Shown: positions 50,899-61,235, numbered from the stretch's first letter. The stretch is 64,000 nucleotides of DNA from an uncultured Gemmatimonadaceae bacterium (GCA_963817955.1 CAWFQK010000002.1:416001-480000); one strand, 5' to 3'. Numbers and translations are program-made. Notes: generated by a model from the letters alone, not told the origin.

Positions 50899-51879
50899 TC
50901 AGTGATGCGCGGCTCTGATCTGTCCAATGAACACGGCAGCCAACAGTGAGAAGATGAAGGCCTGGATGAACGCGACGAGAATCTCGAGCAACATGATGAA
51001 CAACGCCATCGCCAACGGCGCGAGGGCAACCTTGAAGCCGAACATGAAGATCAAACCGATCAGCGCCAGGATGATGACGTGTCCCGCGATCATGTTCGCG
51101 AAGAGACGGATCGTGAGCGCGAACGGCTTCGTGAATTTTCCAATGATCTCGACCGGCGTCATGATGAGCGTCAACGGCAGCTTCATGATCAGCGGCATGT
51201 CGTGCGGCCAGTAGAAGATCGTGCCGAGATAGCCTGCGCCGAGCGACTTGATGCCCGCCGCCTCGATCATGATGAAGGTGATGCCCGCCAGCGTCGCCGT
51301 CACGGCGATGTTGCCCGTTGGCGTCGAACCGTAGGGCACGAGACCGAACAGGTTGCAGAACAAGATGAAGAAAAACAGCGTGAGCACGAACGGCACGTAC
51401 GCCCCGCCGCCGTGTCCGCCGAGCACCGGCAGGTAGATCTCGTTGCGCAGGTACAGAATCACCGCCTCGAGGCCAGCCGCGAAGCCCTTGGGGCGTCCGC
51501 GCTCGTGCGTCGCCTTCGCGTGCGAACGCGCCGCGAGCGTGAGCATCAGCGTCACGATGACCGCGGCGAGGATCTCGAAGAAGATGTGCTTGGTGAGGCC
51601 GAGATCGATTGTCTTGCTGCCGATCTGGACGTTCCACGTGGGGAACGTGTACTCGCAGGCCCACTCGCTGGTGCTGCGAATGCACGGATAGTCGATCGTC
51701 TTCGAGTCCGTGATGTGCGGCATGATGATGTCCGCCGGCCCGAGCTTCTTATCGATCACATGTCCGGGCTCCGACTGTGGCATCACGCCGGGCTCCTGCG
51801 CCCGCGCCGCCGCGGGAGTCAGGGGCAGCGTCAATATCGCAAGCGTCAACAAGCCGGAGAGGAACGAGCGCAATCTCAT
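50899..51879 (-). CDS. atpB: ATP synthase subunit a
   Basis: NLFGLVP, TGNIAVT, KPFALTIRLFANMIAGH, IQAFIF. Confidence 0.96.
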   Translation of the reverse strand: MRLRSFLSGLLTLAILTLPLTPAAARAQEPGVMPQSEPGHVIDKKLGPADIIMPHITDSKTIDYPCIRSTSEWACEYTFPTWNVQIGSKTIDLGLTKHIFFEILAAVIVTLMLTLAARSHAKATHERGRPKGFAAGLEAVILYLRNEIYLPVLGGHGGGAYVPFVLTLFFFILFCNLFGLVPYGSTPTGNIAVTATLAGITFIMIEAAGIKSLGAGYLGTIFYWPHDMPLIMKLPLTLIMTPVEIIGKFTKPFALTIRLFANMIAGHVIILALIGLIFMFGFKVALAPLAMALFIMLLEILVAFIQAFIFSLLAAVFIGQIRAAHH

Positions 51880-52229
51880 TGTTTGATCAACAAAGGTTCG
51901 ATCAAGGTCGTCAGGAAGAAGAACGTCAAGAGACTCACCAGCGCCGCGGTCAGGGGCACCGTGAGCGCCTTGGCTACGATCAGCGCGTACGTAATGATCG
52001 TCATCATCCGCAGTAGCGCGCCCGTGCCGATGCGCGCCATCACGTTGTTACTCAGCCCCGCTACCCGCCCCAACGAGGACGCCGCGAGTTGGACCGGGAT
52101 CGCGACGGCGGCGCTGAGCCAGATGGCCGCGGAGTCACCCCGCCCGCGAAACACCAACGTGAGCAGCGCGCCCACCACGATCACCACACCACATGTTGCC
52201 GCCGAATACCGGGCCAGGGCCGGCCTCAC
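51876..52229 (-). CDS. AtpI-like membrane protein
   Basis: Four hydrophobic segments; position between atpZ and atpB with 4-bp overlaps. Confidence 0.7.
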   Translation of the reverse strand: MRPALARYSAATCGVVIVVGALLTLVFRGRGDSAAIWLSAAVAIPVQLAASSLGRVAGLSNNVMARIGTGALLRMMTIITYALIVAKALTVPLTAALVSLLTFFFLTTLIEPLLIKQ

Positions 52230-52492
52230 CGGCGCCGCTCCGACCGGTGCTGTGCGTCACGTCGCTGCGCGGCGGTCACTTTCCGGTACATGGAGTAGAA
52301 GCCGCCTCCGGCGCCGATAAAAACACAGAGAAGGAGGAACCAGGGAGAGCTGTGCAAACGCCGGTCGAGCCAGGTTCCCGCAAAGACGAAAACGAGGATT
52401 GTGGCCGCGAATTGAACGCCGACCCCGGCGAATTCCGCCCCGGACAACGCGCCGCCCTGCGCTGCGTGTTTCGATCCTCGTCCATCATCCAT
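52226..52492 (-). CDS. AtpZ/AtpI family protein
   Basis: G.QFA..I......G.WLD.....SPWFLL....G...G...Y. Confidence 0.85.
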   Translation of the reverse strand: MDDGRGSKHAAQGGALSGAEFAGVGVQFAATILVFVFAGTWLDRRLHSSPWFLLLCVFIGAGGGFYSMYRKVTAAQRRDAQHRSERRR

Positions 52493-52513
52493 TGCGGCGC
52501 GGAATTTAGGAGC

Positions 52514-52531
52514 TTGTGAAATTTTTCGCAA
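52514..52531. promoter_or_regulatory. Rex operator-like site in the atp promoter
   Basis: TTGTGAA-ATTT-TTCGCAA vs consensus TTGTGAA-N4-TTCACAA; adjacent to minus-strand -10-like TAAATT at 52508-52503. Confidence 0.7.
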
Positions 52532-52724
52532 GCGAAGCGACAGCCATAAACCGAAGATGTTCCGAACGGCGGAGCTCGTGACATAACTCCCTGATCCGCC
52601 AATACTTCGGCTGTTACGCTTCACGTTGACTATTCGTCTTACGGTTGATAAGTTCGCGGAGGCATGATTTGTGAGCGGTCGTGCGCTCACCTTCATGACA
52701 GACCCGACCCGCCGACCTCGGGAA

Positions 52725-53243
52725 ATGAACACTCGTTTGATCGTCCCATTGCTTATCGCTGGCGCGCTCGCCTTTGCGTGCGGCCCGCGCACGCGCTCCG
52801 AAGCGCCTGCCACACTTGCCAGCCGCCTGCCAGTCCGGAGCGCACTCGTCACTGTGCGCCCACATGGACGACACGACCGCGAACCAAGCACGACCGCACG
52901 GGTAACACTCGAGTCGCAGCTGGATATCGCGGTGGCACCACGCGAGATCACCTTCGCGCTGAACGTGACCAACACGAGCACGAAGCACGCGGAAATTGAT
53001 TTCACGAGCGGCCATGCATACGACTTCGTCGTCGTCGACTCCGTCGGCCGCGAGGTGTGGCGTTGGTCGACGGGGCGTTTGTTCACGCAGAGCGTGCAGA
53101 ACAAGCAACTCGGCTCCGGCGAATCGATGCGCGTGAGCGAATCGTGGAAGCCGCAGGGGAAAGCCGGACACTACATCGCCATCGCGACGCTCAAGAGCTC
53201 CAATTTTCCCATCGAACAACGGGCTGAGTTCGTGGTGAAGTAG
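52725..53243 (+). CDS. BsuPI-like proteinase-inhibitor-domain lipoprotein
   Basis: Lipobox AFAC; F.SG..YDFVV.D..GREVWRWS.GR.FTQ, L.SGE.....E.W. Confidence 0.8.
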   Translation: MNTRLIVPLLIAGALAFACGPRTRSEAPATLASRLPVRSALVTVRPHGRHDREPSTTARVTLESQLDIAVAPREITFALNVTNTSTKHAEIDFTSGHAYDFVVVDSVGREVWRWSTGRLFTQSVQNKQLGSGESMRVSESWKPQGKAGHYIAIATLKSSNFPIEQRAEFVVK

Positions 53244-53283
53244 GGGTTAAATTCCCCACACTCATCCTCCCGGAGCCCAACGA

Positions 53284-54288
53284 GTGGCCACGCGACTGAA
53301 GCCGTCTGACGACTCACGCGACATCGAGCTGCTCGACCAGTTGGCACGCGCCCACTCGGCGCTCGTCGAACAGATCGGGCGTCGCATCATCGGACAGCAC
53401 AAGATCGTCGATGATCTCGTCGCCGCGCTCCTTGCCGGCGGTCACGTACTCCTCGTCGGCGTTCCCGGCCTGGCAAAGACGCTGCTGGTGCAGACCGTGG
53501 CACAGGCGCTCGACCTGAGCTTCTCGCGCGTGCAATTCACGCCGGATCTCATGCCGAGCGACATCACCGGCACGGAGCTCCTCGAAGAGGATCATGCGAC
53601 GGGCCGCCGCCTGTTCAAGTTTGTGAAAGGCCCGATCTTCGCCAACGTCGTGCTCGCCGACGAAATCAACCGCGCCCCACCGAAGACGCAGGCGGCGCTG
53701 CTGCAGGCCATGCAGGAACACGCCGTGACTGCCGCCGGCCAGACGCATCGATTGCCCGAACCGTTCTTCGTGCTCGCGACGCAGAACCCCATCGAGCAGG
53801 AAGGCACGTACCCGCTGCCCGAGGCACAACTCGACCGGTTCATGATGCAGCTCAACGTCGGCTATCCAACCCGAGACGAGGAAGAGCGCATCGTCCTGGC
53901 GACGACGAGCGACCTCGACGTGGACATCAAGCCGATGTTGAACGCCCAGCAATTGCTCGACCTGCAGCGCCTGGTGCGACGCCTGCCTGCTCCGCCAAGC
54001 GTGGTGAGCTACGCCGTGAGACTGGCGCGCTCCACGCGTCCGGGCGCCGAAGAAGCGACGGCGATGGTGAAGAAGTACGTCAGCTGGGGCGCCGGCCCGC
54101 GCGCGTCGCAGTACCTCATCCTCGGCGCCAAGGCACGCGCGGCGATGGACGGGCGCGCCATGCCGGATATCGAGGACGTGAATGCGATGGCGATCCCGGT
54201 GCTGAGCCACCGTGTGGTGGTGAATTTTCAGGCAGAAGCCGAAGGGCTGTCGCCGGAGAAGCTCGTGGCCATACCGGAGCGGCCTTAA
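53284..54288 (+). CDS. moxR: MoxR-family AAA+ ATPase
   Basis: [62 protein letters not shown]. Confidence 0.95.
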   Translation: MATRLKPSDDSRDIELLDQLARAHSALVEQIGRRIIGQHKIVDDLVAALLAGGHVLLVGVPGLAKTLLVQTVAQALDLSFSRVQFTPDLMPSDITGTELLEEDHATGRRLFKFVKGPIFANVVLADEINRAPPKTQAALLQAMQEHAVTAAGQTHRLPEPFFVLATQNPIEQEGTYPLPEAQLDRFMMQLNVGYPTRDEEERIVLATTSDLDVDIKPMLNAQQLLDLQRLVRRLPAPPSVVSYAVRLARSTRPGAEEATAMVKKYVSWGAGPRASQYLILGAKARAAMDGRAMPDIEDVNAMAIPVLSHRVVVNFQAEAEGLSPEKLVAIPERP

Positions 54289-54299
54289 GCCCAGTGGAC

Positions 54300-55226
54300 A
54301 TGCAGATCCTTCGCTCCCTACTTCTCCTCGTGTCGACCGCGGTCGGCGTCGCATCGGCACAGGCACCAACGGTACAGCACACATTCGATGAGTCCCGCCC
54401 GCCTGGCGCCAACTACGACAAGGCCGAGTTCCGGCTCTGGCTGCCGAATGTCGCGGGCCCGCTCCGGACAGTCGTGGCCCTCGTGCCGGGCTCGAACGGC
54501 GACGGACGCCCTATGGTGGAGGACACCGTCTGGCAGGCCTTTGCCAACAAGAATCGCGTTGCGCTATTCGGCGTGCGGTTCACCGACAAGCCTCACGATC
54601 AGAGTTTCATCGAGGAGTACGTCGACGTCAGCAAGGGGAGCGGCCAGACCTTCCTCGATGCGCTGACGTCGCTCGCCACCAAGGCGAATCATGCGGAGCT
54701 CTCCACCGCGCCACTGTTCATGTGGGGCATGTCGGCTGGTGGGCAGTTCGACTACGAGTTCGTCGCTTGGAAACCGGAGCGCGTCGCCGCGTTTGTCGTC
54801 AACAAAGGCGGGATCTACTACAGCGCGCTCCTCCCGCGCGCCGCGCGTGAAGTTCCCGGCCTATTGTTCACTGGCGGCAAGGACCTCGAGACGCGCATCA
54901 ACACGATCGTCGGGCTCTTCGCGGTGAACCGGCGAGGCGGCGCGCTATGGGCGCTCACCGAAGAGCCCGGCGCCGCGCATGTCGTAGGCAGGTCGCGCGA
55001 CCTGGGCGCGATGTTCTTTGAGGACGTACTTGCTCTGCGCTACCCCGAAGGAGCGACGTCGCTCAAGCCGCTTGTCGAGAATGCCGGCTTCATTGGCGAT
55101 CTCAAGGCGAAGACCTTCGCGCCGATGGGCAATTCCAAGGCACCGTCAGCTCCGTCTGCCTGGCTGCCCACGCTGCGAATTGCAAAGGCGTGGCAATCCG
55201 TCATCACGGACACGCCTTTCCAGTAG
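54300..55226 (+). CDS. Exported alpha/beta-hydrolase-fold protein
   Basis: Signal peptide ASA-Q; nucleophile elbow GMSAGG; candidate Asp (GGKD) and His (GAAH). Confidence 0.75.
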   Translation: MQILRSLLLLVSTAVGVASAQAPTVQHTFDESRPPGANYDKAEFRLWLPNVAGPLRTVVALVPGSNGDGRPMVEDTVWQAFANKNRVALFGVRFTDKPHDQSFIEEYVDVSKGSGQTFLDALTSLATKANHAELSTAPLFMWGMSAGGQFDYEFVAWKPERVAAFVVNKGGIYYSALLPRAAREVPGLLFTGGKDLETRINTIVGLFAVNRRGGALWALTEEPGAAHVVGRSRDLGAMFFEDVLALRYPEGATSLKPLVENAGFIGDLKAKTFAPMGNSKAPSAPSAWLPTLRIAKAWQSVITDTPFQ

Positions 55227-55397
55227 TAGACACGTGCGTACAAAACGAGACTGCACCGCCGTTTGGACGCTAGCCCCACCGACGATGCAGAGCCCGCCGA
55301 TGACAATGCTCCGACCGCCATCGTCTTCGCCGGTATGCTTCATGCGCGCGCCTTCCGCCTTCGACGGCAACACTCACTTCGGAGCGGAGAACACGAC

Positions 55398-55721
55398 ATG
55401 CCATACGCGGTCACGCATCACTTCCCGGGCGGTACCAAGGAGCAGTACGAGGCATCGCTTGCTGCTGTGCATCCTGCCAAAGGCGTGCTGCCAGAGGGTC
55501 AGATCTTCCACGCGGCTGGCCCATCGGCTGGTGGCTGGACGATCCTGGCGATCCACGATACCAAGGAAAGCTGGGAGCGCTTCCGCGACGGCATTCTGAT
55601 GCCTCGCCTGCAGAAGGGCATCAAGGGCGGGTTCACGTCGCAACCACAGGTGACGGAATTCGAGGTTTACAATCTGCACCTTGAACCCGCCGTGCAGGAG
55701 TATGCAATGAGCGGCCGTTAA
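55398..55721 (+). CDS. Hypothetical protein (dimeric alpha-beta barrel-like)
   Basis: SD GGAGA; GGTKEQYE, PEG.IFHAAG...GGW......S.E.W.RF. Confidence 0.7.
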   Translation: MPYAVTHHFPGGTKEQYEASLAAVHPAKGVLPEGQIFHAAGPSAGGWTILAIHDTKESWERFRDGILMPRLQKGIKGGFTSQPQVTEFEVYNLHLEPAVQEYAMSGR

Positions 55722-55831
55722 CGTCGCCGGCTCGCACCACTGCGACGGGTTGGGCGGCCGATGGCGTCAGGGCTATGCGCTTCGGACTCTGGCGCGTAAC
55801 TGACCAAGTCGTCCGCCCAAGGCTGGAGTCG

Positions 55832-56137
55832 TTAGTTCCGCCTCTCGTGTCCCAACTCGGTGTTGAGCTCGCGCATCGCCGCCTCGTAGTACGGATCGAC
55901 TGGTGGCAGCTCGCGGATCTCCGGCACGGCGGGCTTGGGCGTCGGCGCGATCATGGACCGCGCGAGGCGGAACAGCCCGTAACCCACGACCGCGATGACC
56001 GCGAACTTGAGCGCCATGGTCGCCAGTCCGATCAGCGCGCCGAGTACGCCGAACGTGAGCGCCAGCAGCAGAATGCCGACCGGGATCGCGATCGCGAACC
56101 CAACGATGATCTTGAAGAACGTCCACAGGGTGCGCAT
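55832..56137 (-). CDS. Small membrane protein
   Basis: SD GGAGG before GTG; two TM helices. Confidence 0.7.
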   Translation of the reverse strand: MRTLWTFFKIIVGFAIAIPVGILLLALTFGVLGALIGLATMALKFAVIAVVGYGLFRLARSMIAPTPKPAVPEIRELPPVDPYYEAAMRELNTELGHERRN

Positions 56138-56263
56138 TGGGCCTCCACGCCGGCGCCAATAATACTACGGGCGTGCGCGCTCGCGGGTTTCAGATCGTAT
56201 CCATGGCGTACGACTTCTCGAGCGATCTAGCGTTTGAGGCGATTCCGCCCAAGGGCAATCGAT

Positions 56264-57457
56264 CTACGCCGCGCGCTTGGCGTGCTGCCTGACAGCCAGG
56301 AACAACACGATCGGAGCATAGATCACCAGCACGAGCAGTGGATGCACCAGATCCCGCACGCCCGCGCCCTTGAGCAGCACGTCCCGGGCGATGGTGATGA
56401 AATGGCGCACGGGATTCAGCTCCGAGACCATCTGCACCCACCCCGGCATGCTGTCGATCGGCGTGAACAGCCCGCTCATCAACAAGTACACCATCATGAC
56501 GAAGAACGTGACGAACATCGCCTGTTGCTGGGTATCGACGATCGCCGAGATATAGAGGCCAATGCCGAGGGCGGAGAGCAGGTAGATGCCTGCCGCGGCG
56601 AACAGCAGCAGAGGGTTCCCCACGATGGGCACGTGATAGACGGCAACCCCTACCGCAAGCCCCACCGCCAGATCCAGCATCGCCAGCACCCAGAACGGGA
56701 GCAGTTTGGCAATGATGAATTGGCCACGCGTGATCGGCGTGACGTTGAGCTGCTCCAGCGTGCCCACTTCCTTTTCGCGGGCGATGTTCTGCGCCGTGAG
56801 GAGGGTGCCCATCATCGTCACGAGTTGTACCAGGATTCCCGGCACCATGTAGTGGGTGTAGTCGAGCTCCGGGTTGTACCAGCTACGCCGCTGGACTTCT
56901 ATTCTTGGCACGCCGCGGATCGGTATGAGCGCGCTCACACCGCCACGCCCGCTGCCACTGGTGCTCTGCGCACGAATGGCCGCCAGGGTCGGCCGCATTT
57001 GCGTCGTCAGCTCCCCGGAGTAGGCGTCGAGAATCTGCATGGCGTATGACTGGACGATTCCCGCCGCAGTCCCCTTTTCCGCGTTCACGTCGAGCTGCAC
57101 CGGCGCCGTCCCAGTGCGTACGAGTGTGGCCTCGAAGTCGTGCGGGATCGTGAGCACGATCGTCGCCGTGCCGTGCAGCAGTGCGTCGTCCGCACTGTCG
57201 GGCGACGTCGACTGCCCAATGATGCTGAAGAACCGAGAGGCAGCGAGGCGGGTGACGACGCCGCGCGACGTACTCGTCCGGTCGTAATCGACCACGTACG
57301 CTGGCGTGGCGTGGATGGCGAAGCTAGCGACCCGGGCCAGGACCAGGAGCTGCACGATCGGCATCACCAGGATCTGCGTGAGCGTCGCGCGATCGCGCGT
57401 CACGTGGAGCACCTCCGTGCGCGCGAGAAAGAGTATCCGTCGAAGGCCGGTGTACAC
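56264..57457 (-). CDS. ABC-2 permease (YbhR-like)
   Basis: WYNPEL, VPGI, IAREKEVGTLEQLNVTP, SGLFTPI.SMP. Confidence 0.92.
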   Translation of the reverse strand: MYTGLRRILFLARTEVLHVTRDRATLTQILVMPIVQLLVLARVASFAIHATPAYVVDYDRTSTSRGVVTRLAASRFFSIIGQSTSPDSADDALLHGTATIVLTIPHDFEATLVRTGTAPVQLDVNAEKGTAAGIVQSYAMQILDAYSGELTTQMRPTLAAIRAQSTSGSGRGGVSALIPIRGVPRIEVQRRSWYNPELDYTHYMVPGILVQLVTMMGTLLTAQNIAREKEVGTLEQLNVTPITRGQFIIAKLLPFWVLAMLDLAVGLAVGVAVYHVPIVGNPLLLFAAAGIYLLSALGIGLYISAIVDTQQQAMFVTFFVMMVYLLMSGLFTPIDSMPGWVQMVSELNPVRHFITIARDVLLKGAGVRDLVHPLLVLVIYAPIVLFLAVRQHAKRAA

Positions 57458-57458
57458 G

Positions 57459-58571
57459 TCAGTCCAGCCGCGGCTTGAATGAGCGGGTGCTGATGACGAG
57501 GAGCACCAGCGTCATCGTGGCCAGGATTGCCGTCTCACGCCCGAGATACGCCAGGCCGATTCCTTTGAGCATGATCCCGCGGGAGATCGCCACAAACCAC
57601 CGGGCAGGCGACAGTACCGAGATCCACCGCAGCACGACCGGCATGCTCTCAATAGGGAAGATGAAACCGGACAACAGCACGTTCGGCAGCATCGTTCCGA
57701 GGAGCACGCCCATCATGGCCGTCCGCTGTGAATTGGTCCGCGAGGACACGAGAATTCCCACCGACAGCGACGCCAACGTGAACAACAATCCTTCTGCGAC
57801 GAGCAATGTCACGCTACCGCGCAACGGGACGTGAAAGATCAATCGCGCTTCCACCAAGATCAGTACTATGCTCAACAGCCCGATCCCGAGATACGGCGCC
57901 ACCTTGCCGACGATGATGTGCCACGGCCGGAGCGGCGAGACGAGCAGCGCCTCCATCGTCCCCGTTTCCCGCTCGCGTGCCAGCGACAGCGCGGTCATCA
58001 GCGCCGAAATGATCGTCAGCACGTACGCCATGAGTCCCGGTATGAACAGGTTCGAGCTCTCGCGCGTGGGATTGAATCGCATCCGGCTCTCCGGCGCAAT
58101 GCGTATCGCGCCGACGCCGCGCTGGGCCGCACCGAGCTCGCGCTGATAGTTCTGGATCACGGCCGCCGCGTACGCCTGGCGGGCCGCGCCGCTGTTCGGC
58201 TCTGTCGCGTCGGTGATGAGAGAAATTTGCGCCGGCAGTCCGCGTGCGAGCTGCGTGGCAAAGCCGGGCTGAAACACGACCGCTTCCTGTGCACGGTCCG
58301 TGCGGAACAGTGGCTCCAACTCGCGCTGGTCGCGCAACACCGCAACCACGCGGAACACACCGCCCGCCGTAAGCCGGGAGCGCAGATCCAGCGTCGTCGC
58401 ATCCGGCGTCGGATCCACCACCGCGAGCCGTACGTCCTGCACGTCGGTGCGAATGGAGTACCCGAACAACACCACCTCGAGCACCGGTAGCAGCACGAGC
58501 ACGGCAAGTGTGCGACGATCGCGGAGGATGTGGCGCACCTCCTTCACGAGGAGCCCGCGCAGCGCGCTCAT
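57459..58571 (-). CDS. ABC-2 permease (YbhS-like)
   Basis: KE.RHILRD.RTL, FNP, ARERETGTMEALLVSP, LSGFIFPIESMP. Confidence 0.92.
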   Translation of the reverse strand: MSALRGLLVKEVRHILRDRRTLAVLVLLPVLEVVLFGYSIRTDVQDVRLAVVDPTPDATTLDLRSRLTAGGVFRVVAVLRDQRELEPLFRTDRAQEAVVFQPGFATQLARGLPAQISLITDATEPNSGAARQAYAAAVIQNYQRELGAAQRGVGAIRIAPESRMRFNPTRESSNLFIPGLMAYVLTIISALMTALSLARERETGTMEALLVSPLRPWHIIVGKVAPYLGIGLLSIVLILVEARLIFHVPLRGSVTLLVAEGLLFTLASLSVGILVSSRTNSQRTAMMGVLLGTMLPNVLLSGFIFPIESMPVVLRWISVLSPARWFVAISRGIMLKGIGLAYLGRETAILATMTLVLLVISTRSFKPRLD

Positions 58572-59341
58572 GCGGCTTCCGTGGGCTTCACGGTTCCGTT
58601 GGCAGGCCGGGCCAGTCGCACGAACAGCTCGTCGATGCTCTCCACATCAAAGCGGCGCTTGAGCTCCGCCGGCGTGCCCAGGGCGCCGATCCGCCCCGCC
58701 ACCATGATCGAGATGCGATCGCAGTACTCCGCCTCGTCCATGTAGTGAGTCGTGACAATTGCCGTCGTTCCGGCCTGTGCGGCCTCATAGATCAATTCCC
58801 AGAACTGCCGGCGCGTCACGGGGTCCACGCCGCTCGTCGGCTCGTCGAGAAACACGATGCGGGGCTGGTGCAGCAGCGCCACCGAAAATGCCAGCTTCTG
58901 TTTCCATCCCAACGGGAGGTCTCGTACCATGGACCGCTCGGCGCGCTCGAGTCCCAGCCGTCCGAGAATCCGATGCATGCGCTCGACTATCTCGCGGTCG
59001 CTGAGGTCGTAGATCCCCCCATAGAGCACGATGTTCTCACGCACCGTGAGATCGTCGTACAGCGAGAAGCGCTGACTCATGTAGCCGATGTCCCGCTTGA
59101 TGGCTTCCGCTTCCGTGTACACGTCGTGTCCGGCCACCGTCGCATGACCGTCGCTCGGCGCGAGCAGCCCCGTCAGCATGCGCATCGCTGTCGTCTTCCC
59201 TGCGCCGTTCGCGCCAAGGAAGCCGAACACCTCGCCAACGCGAACGTCGAAGGTGATGCGGTCAACGGCGGTGAATTCGCCGAATCGCCGCGTCAGGTCG
59301 CGCGCGTCGATGGCGAGCGAAGGGCTTGCCGCGTTCGTCAT
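58568..59341 (-). CDS. ABC ATP-binding protein (YbhF C-half-like)
   Basis: GANGAGKTT, GYMSQRFSLY.DLTV, LPLGWKQK, LDEPTSGVDP. Confidence 0.95.
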   Translation of the reverse strand: MTNAASPSLAIDARDLTRRFGEFTAVDRITFDVRVGEVFGFLGANGAGKTTAMRMLTGLLAPSDGHATVAGHDVYTEAEAIKRDIGYMSQRFSLYDDLTVRENIVLYGGIYDLSDREIVERMHRILGRLGLERAERSMVRDLPLGWKQKLAFSVALLHQPRIVFLDEPTSGVDPVTRRQFWELIYEAAQAGTTAIVTTHYMDEAEYCDRISIMVAGRIGALGTPAELKRRFDVESIDELFVRLARPANGTVKPTEAA

Positions 59342-60312
59342 GCGGCCTCCCCGGGTGTTGCAGCGTCTTCTCCCTCAGGGGCACCCATGCGGGCGATGAA
59401 CACGTCTTCGATCGTCGGCGACGTGGGCGACACCTCGGCCCCAGCGATCCCTTCGGACGCCAGAAAGGCGCCCAACTCCCGCTGCACAACGTCCGCGGAC
59501 ACATCGGCCCGCTCGTCGGTGTAGTGCAGCGCTTCGCCGAATGGGTACACGGAGTGCGCGTGGGCAAAGCGACGCACCGCGCCCAGTGTGCGATACCGCT
59601 CCGGCGCGCGTACGGCGAACAGCGGCCGCTCGAAAGAGCGGATGATCGCGGCGGGCGTGTCGATGGCCAGGATGTGCCCGCGCTGGATGAGCGCGACGCG
59701 ATCGCAGCGCGTCGCCTCATCCATGTACGGCGTCGATACGACGATCGTGAGACCGGACTTCCTGAGCTCTGCCAGCAGATCCCAGAACTCCCGTCGGGAT
59801 ACCGCATCCACACCGGTCGTGGGCTCATCGAGCAGGAGCAGCTCCGGCCGGTGCACGAGCGCGCAGCAGAGCGCGAGCTTCTGCTTCATGCCCCCGGACA
59901 ACGCGGCGGCGCGCCGATCTTTGAACGCCACGAGCTGGTCATATATAGGCGCGATTCGCGCGTACTGGTCCTCGATCGTCGTTCCGAATACCGATGCGAA
60001 GAAGCGCAGGTTCTCCTCCACGCTGAGATCGGGATACAGCGAGAACCGTCCCGGCATGTAGCCGAGTCGTTTGCGAAGATCCCACATGTCGGTCACGACG
60101 TCGCGTCCCAACACCTGCGCCTGACCCTCGTCGGCTACCACGAGCGTGGCAAGAATGCGGAACAGTGTCGTCTTCCCTGCTCCATCGGGGCCGATGAAGC
60201 CGAACAGCTCTCCGGGGGCCACACTGAACGACACGCCGGCGAGCGCCGTCGTCGTCGCGTACCGCTTGGCGACGTCATGCACCTCGACGGCCGCGCCCGC
60301 TGACGTCGTCAC
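59338..60312 (-). CDS. ABC ATP-binding protein (YbhF N-half-like)
   Basis: GPDGAGKTT, GYMPGRFSLY, LSGGMKQK, LDEPTTGVD. Confidence 0.95.
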   Translation of the reverse strand: MTTSAGAAVEVHDVAKRYATTTALAGVSFSVAPGELFGFIGPDGAGKTTLFRILATLVVADEGQAQVLGRDVVTDMWDLRKRLGYMPGRFSLYPDLSVEENLRFFASVFGTTIEDQYARIAPIYDQLVAFKDRRAAALSGGMKQKLALCCALVHRPELLLLDEPTTGVDAVSRREFWDLLAELRKSGLTIVVSTPYMDEATRCDRVALIQRGHILAIDTPAAIIRSFERPLFAVRAPERYRTLGAVRRFAHAHSVYPFGEALHYTDERADVSADVVQRELGAFLASEGIAGAEVSPTSPTIEDVFIARMGAPEGEDAATPGEAA

Positions 60313-61235
60313 CGGGCTGCGACCACTGGCACAAATCGCACGTCCGCGGGCATGCCAATCTTTAGAATACCTTTCTCGTTGGGCACGCGGATCTTGATCG
60401 CGTACACGAGATTACGCCGCTCGTCGACCGTCTGGATGGGGGTTGGCGTGAACTCAGCGTCAGACGAGATCCACGACACCTGGCCAGGCAGCGACAGCCG
60501 CGGTTCGGATCCGTTCGCCACGTCCACCGTGACCCGAGCCTCCTGGCCGAGCCGCACGTGTGCGAGCTGAGGTTCGGTGACGTAGGCACGGAGCTCCAGC
60601 GTGTCGAGATTCGCGATCTTGTATAGCGGCTGGCCGGGCTGGACGAACTCCCCCGCCTTGGTGTAGGTGGCCAGCACCGTTCCGCTCACCGGATTCGACA
60701 CCGCGCTCCGCGTGATCTGATCGCGCACCTGCGCCATGCGGGCGGCGTTCGACGCAACATCCTGGGTGGCGGACTGGCGCTGCGCGTGTGCAGCGTCGAG
60801 TTGCGCGCCGAGAACACGGAAGTCGCGCTCGGCCTGATCGAGCTGTTGAGCGGTGGCGGCTTTCTGGTCGAACAGCCGACGCGTGCGGTCGTACGTCCGC
60901 TGTGCGATCTGGCGCTGCACCTCCAGCACGCCGATCTGTTGCGTCACTTCGTTGACGTGCGACGCCGCGCCCGAGCGTTGTGCGAACACCTGCTGCAGTT
61001 GGAGCAGCAGCGGCGTCGTATCGATCACCGCCATCGGCACGCCGGCCGCAAGCCGATTCCCCTCCACCGGAACGAATTTCAGCAGACGCCCCGACGTCTC
61101 GGCGCCGACGACGACTTCTGTGGCCTCCATGTTCCCATAGGCATCGGGAGCGGGACCGCGCGCGCAACCGGCCAGCGCGAGCATCGCGACGAGCCCACTC
61201 ACCGTGTGCCTCGACTGAGTCCAGAACATGTTCAA
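60309..61235 (-). CDS. HlyD-family periplasmic adaptor (YbhG-like)
   Basis: Lipobox LAGC; lipoyl halves, alpha-hairpin, AEFTP..IQT..ER..LVY, LKIGMP. Confidence 0.93.
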   Translation of the reverse strand: MNMFWTQSRHTVSGLVAMLALAGCARGPAPDAYGNMEATEVVVGAETSGRLLKFVPVEGNRLAAGVPMAVIDTTPLLLQLQQVFAQRSGAASHVNEVTQQIGVLEVQRQIAQRTYDRTRRLFDQKAATAQQLDQAERDFRVLGAQLDAAHAQRQSATQDVASNAARMAQVRDQITRSAVSNPVSGTVLATYTKAGEFVQPGQPLYKIANLDTLELRAYVTEPQLAHVRLGQEARVTVDVANGSEPRLSLPGQVSWISSDAEFTPTPIQTVDERRNLVYAIKIRVPNEKGILKIGMPADVRFVPVVAAR

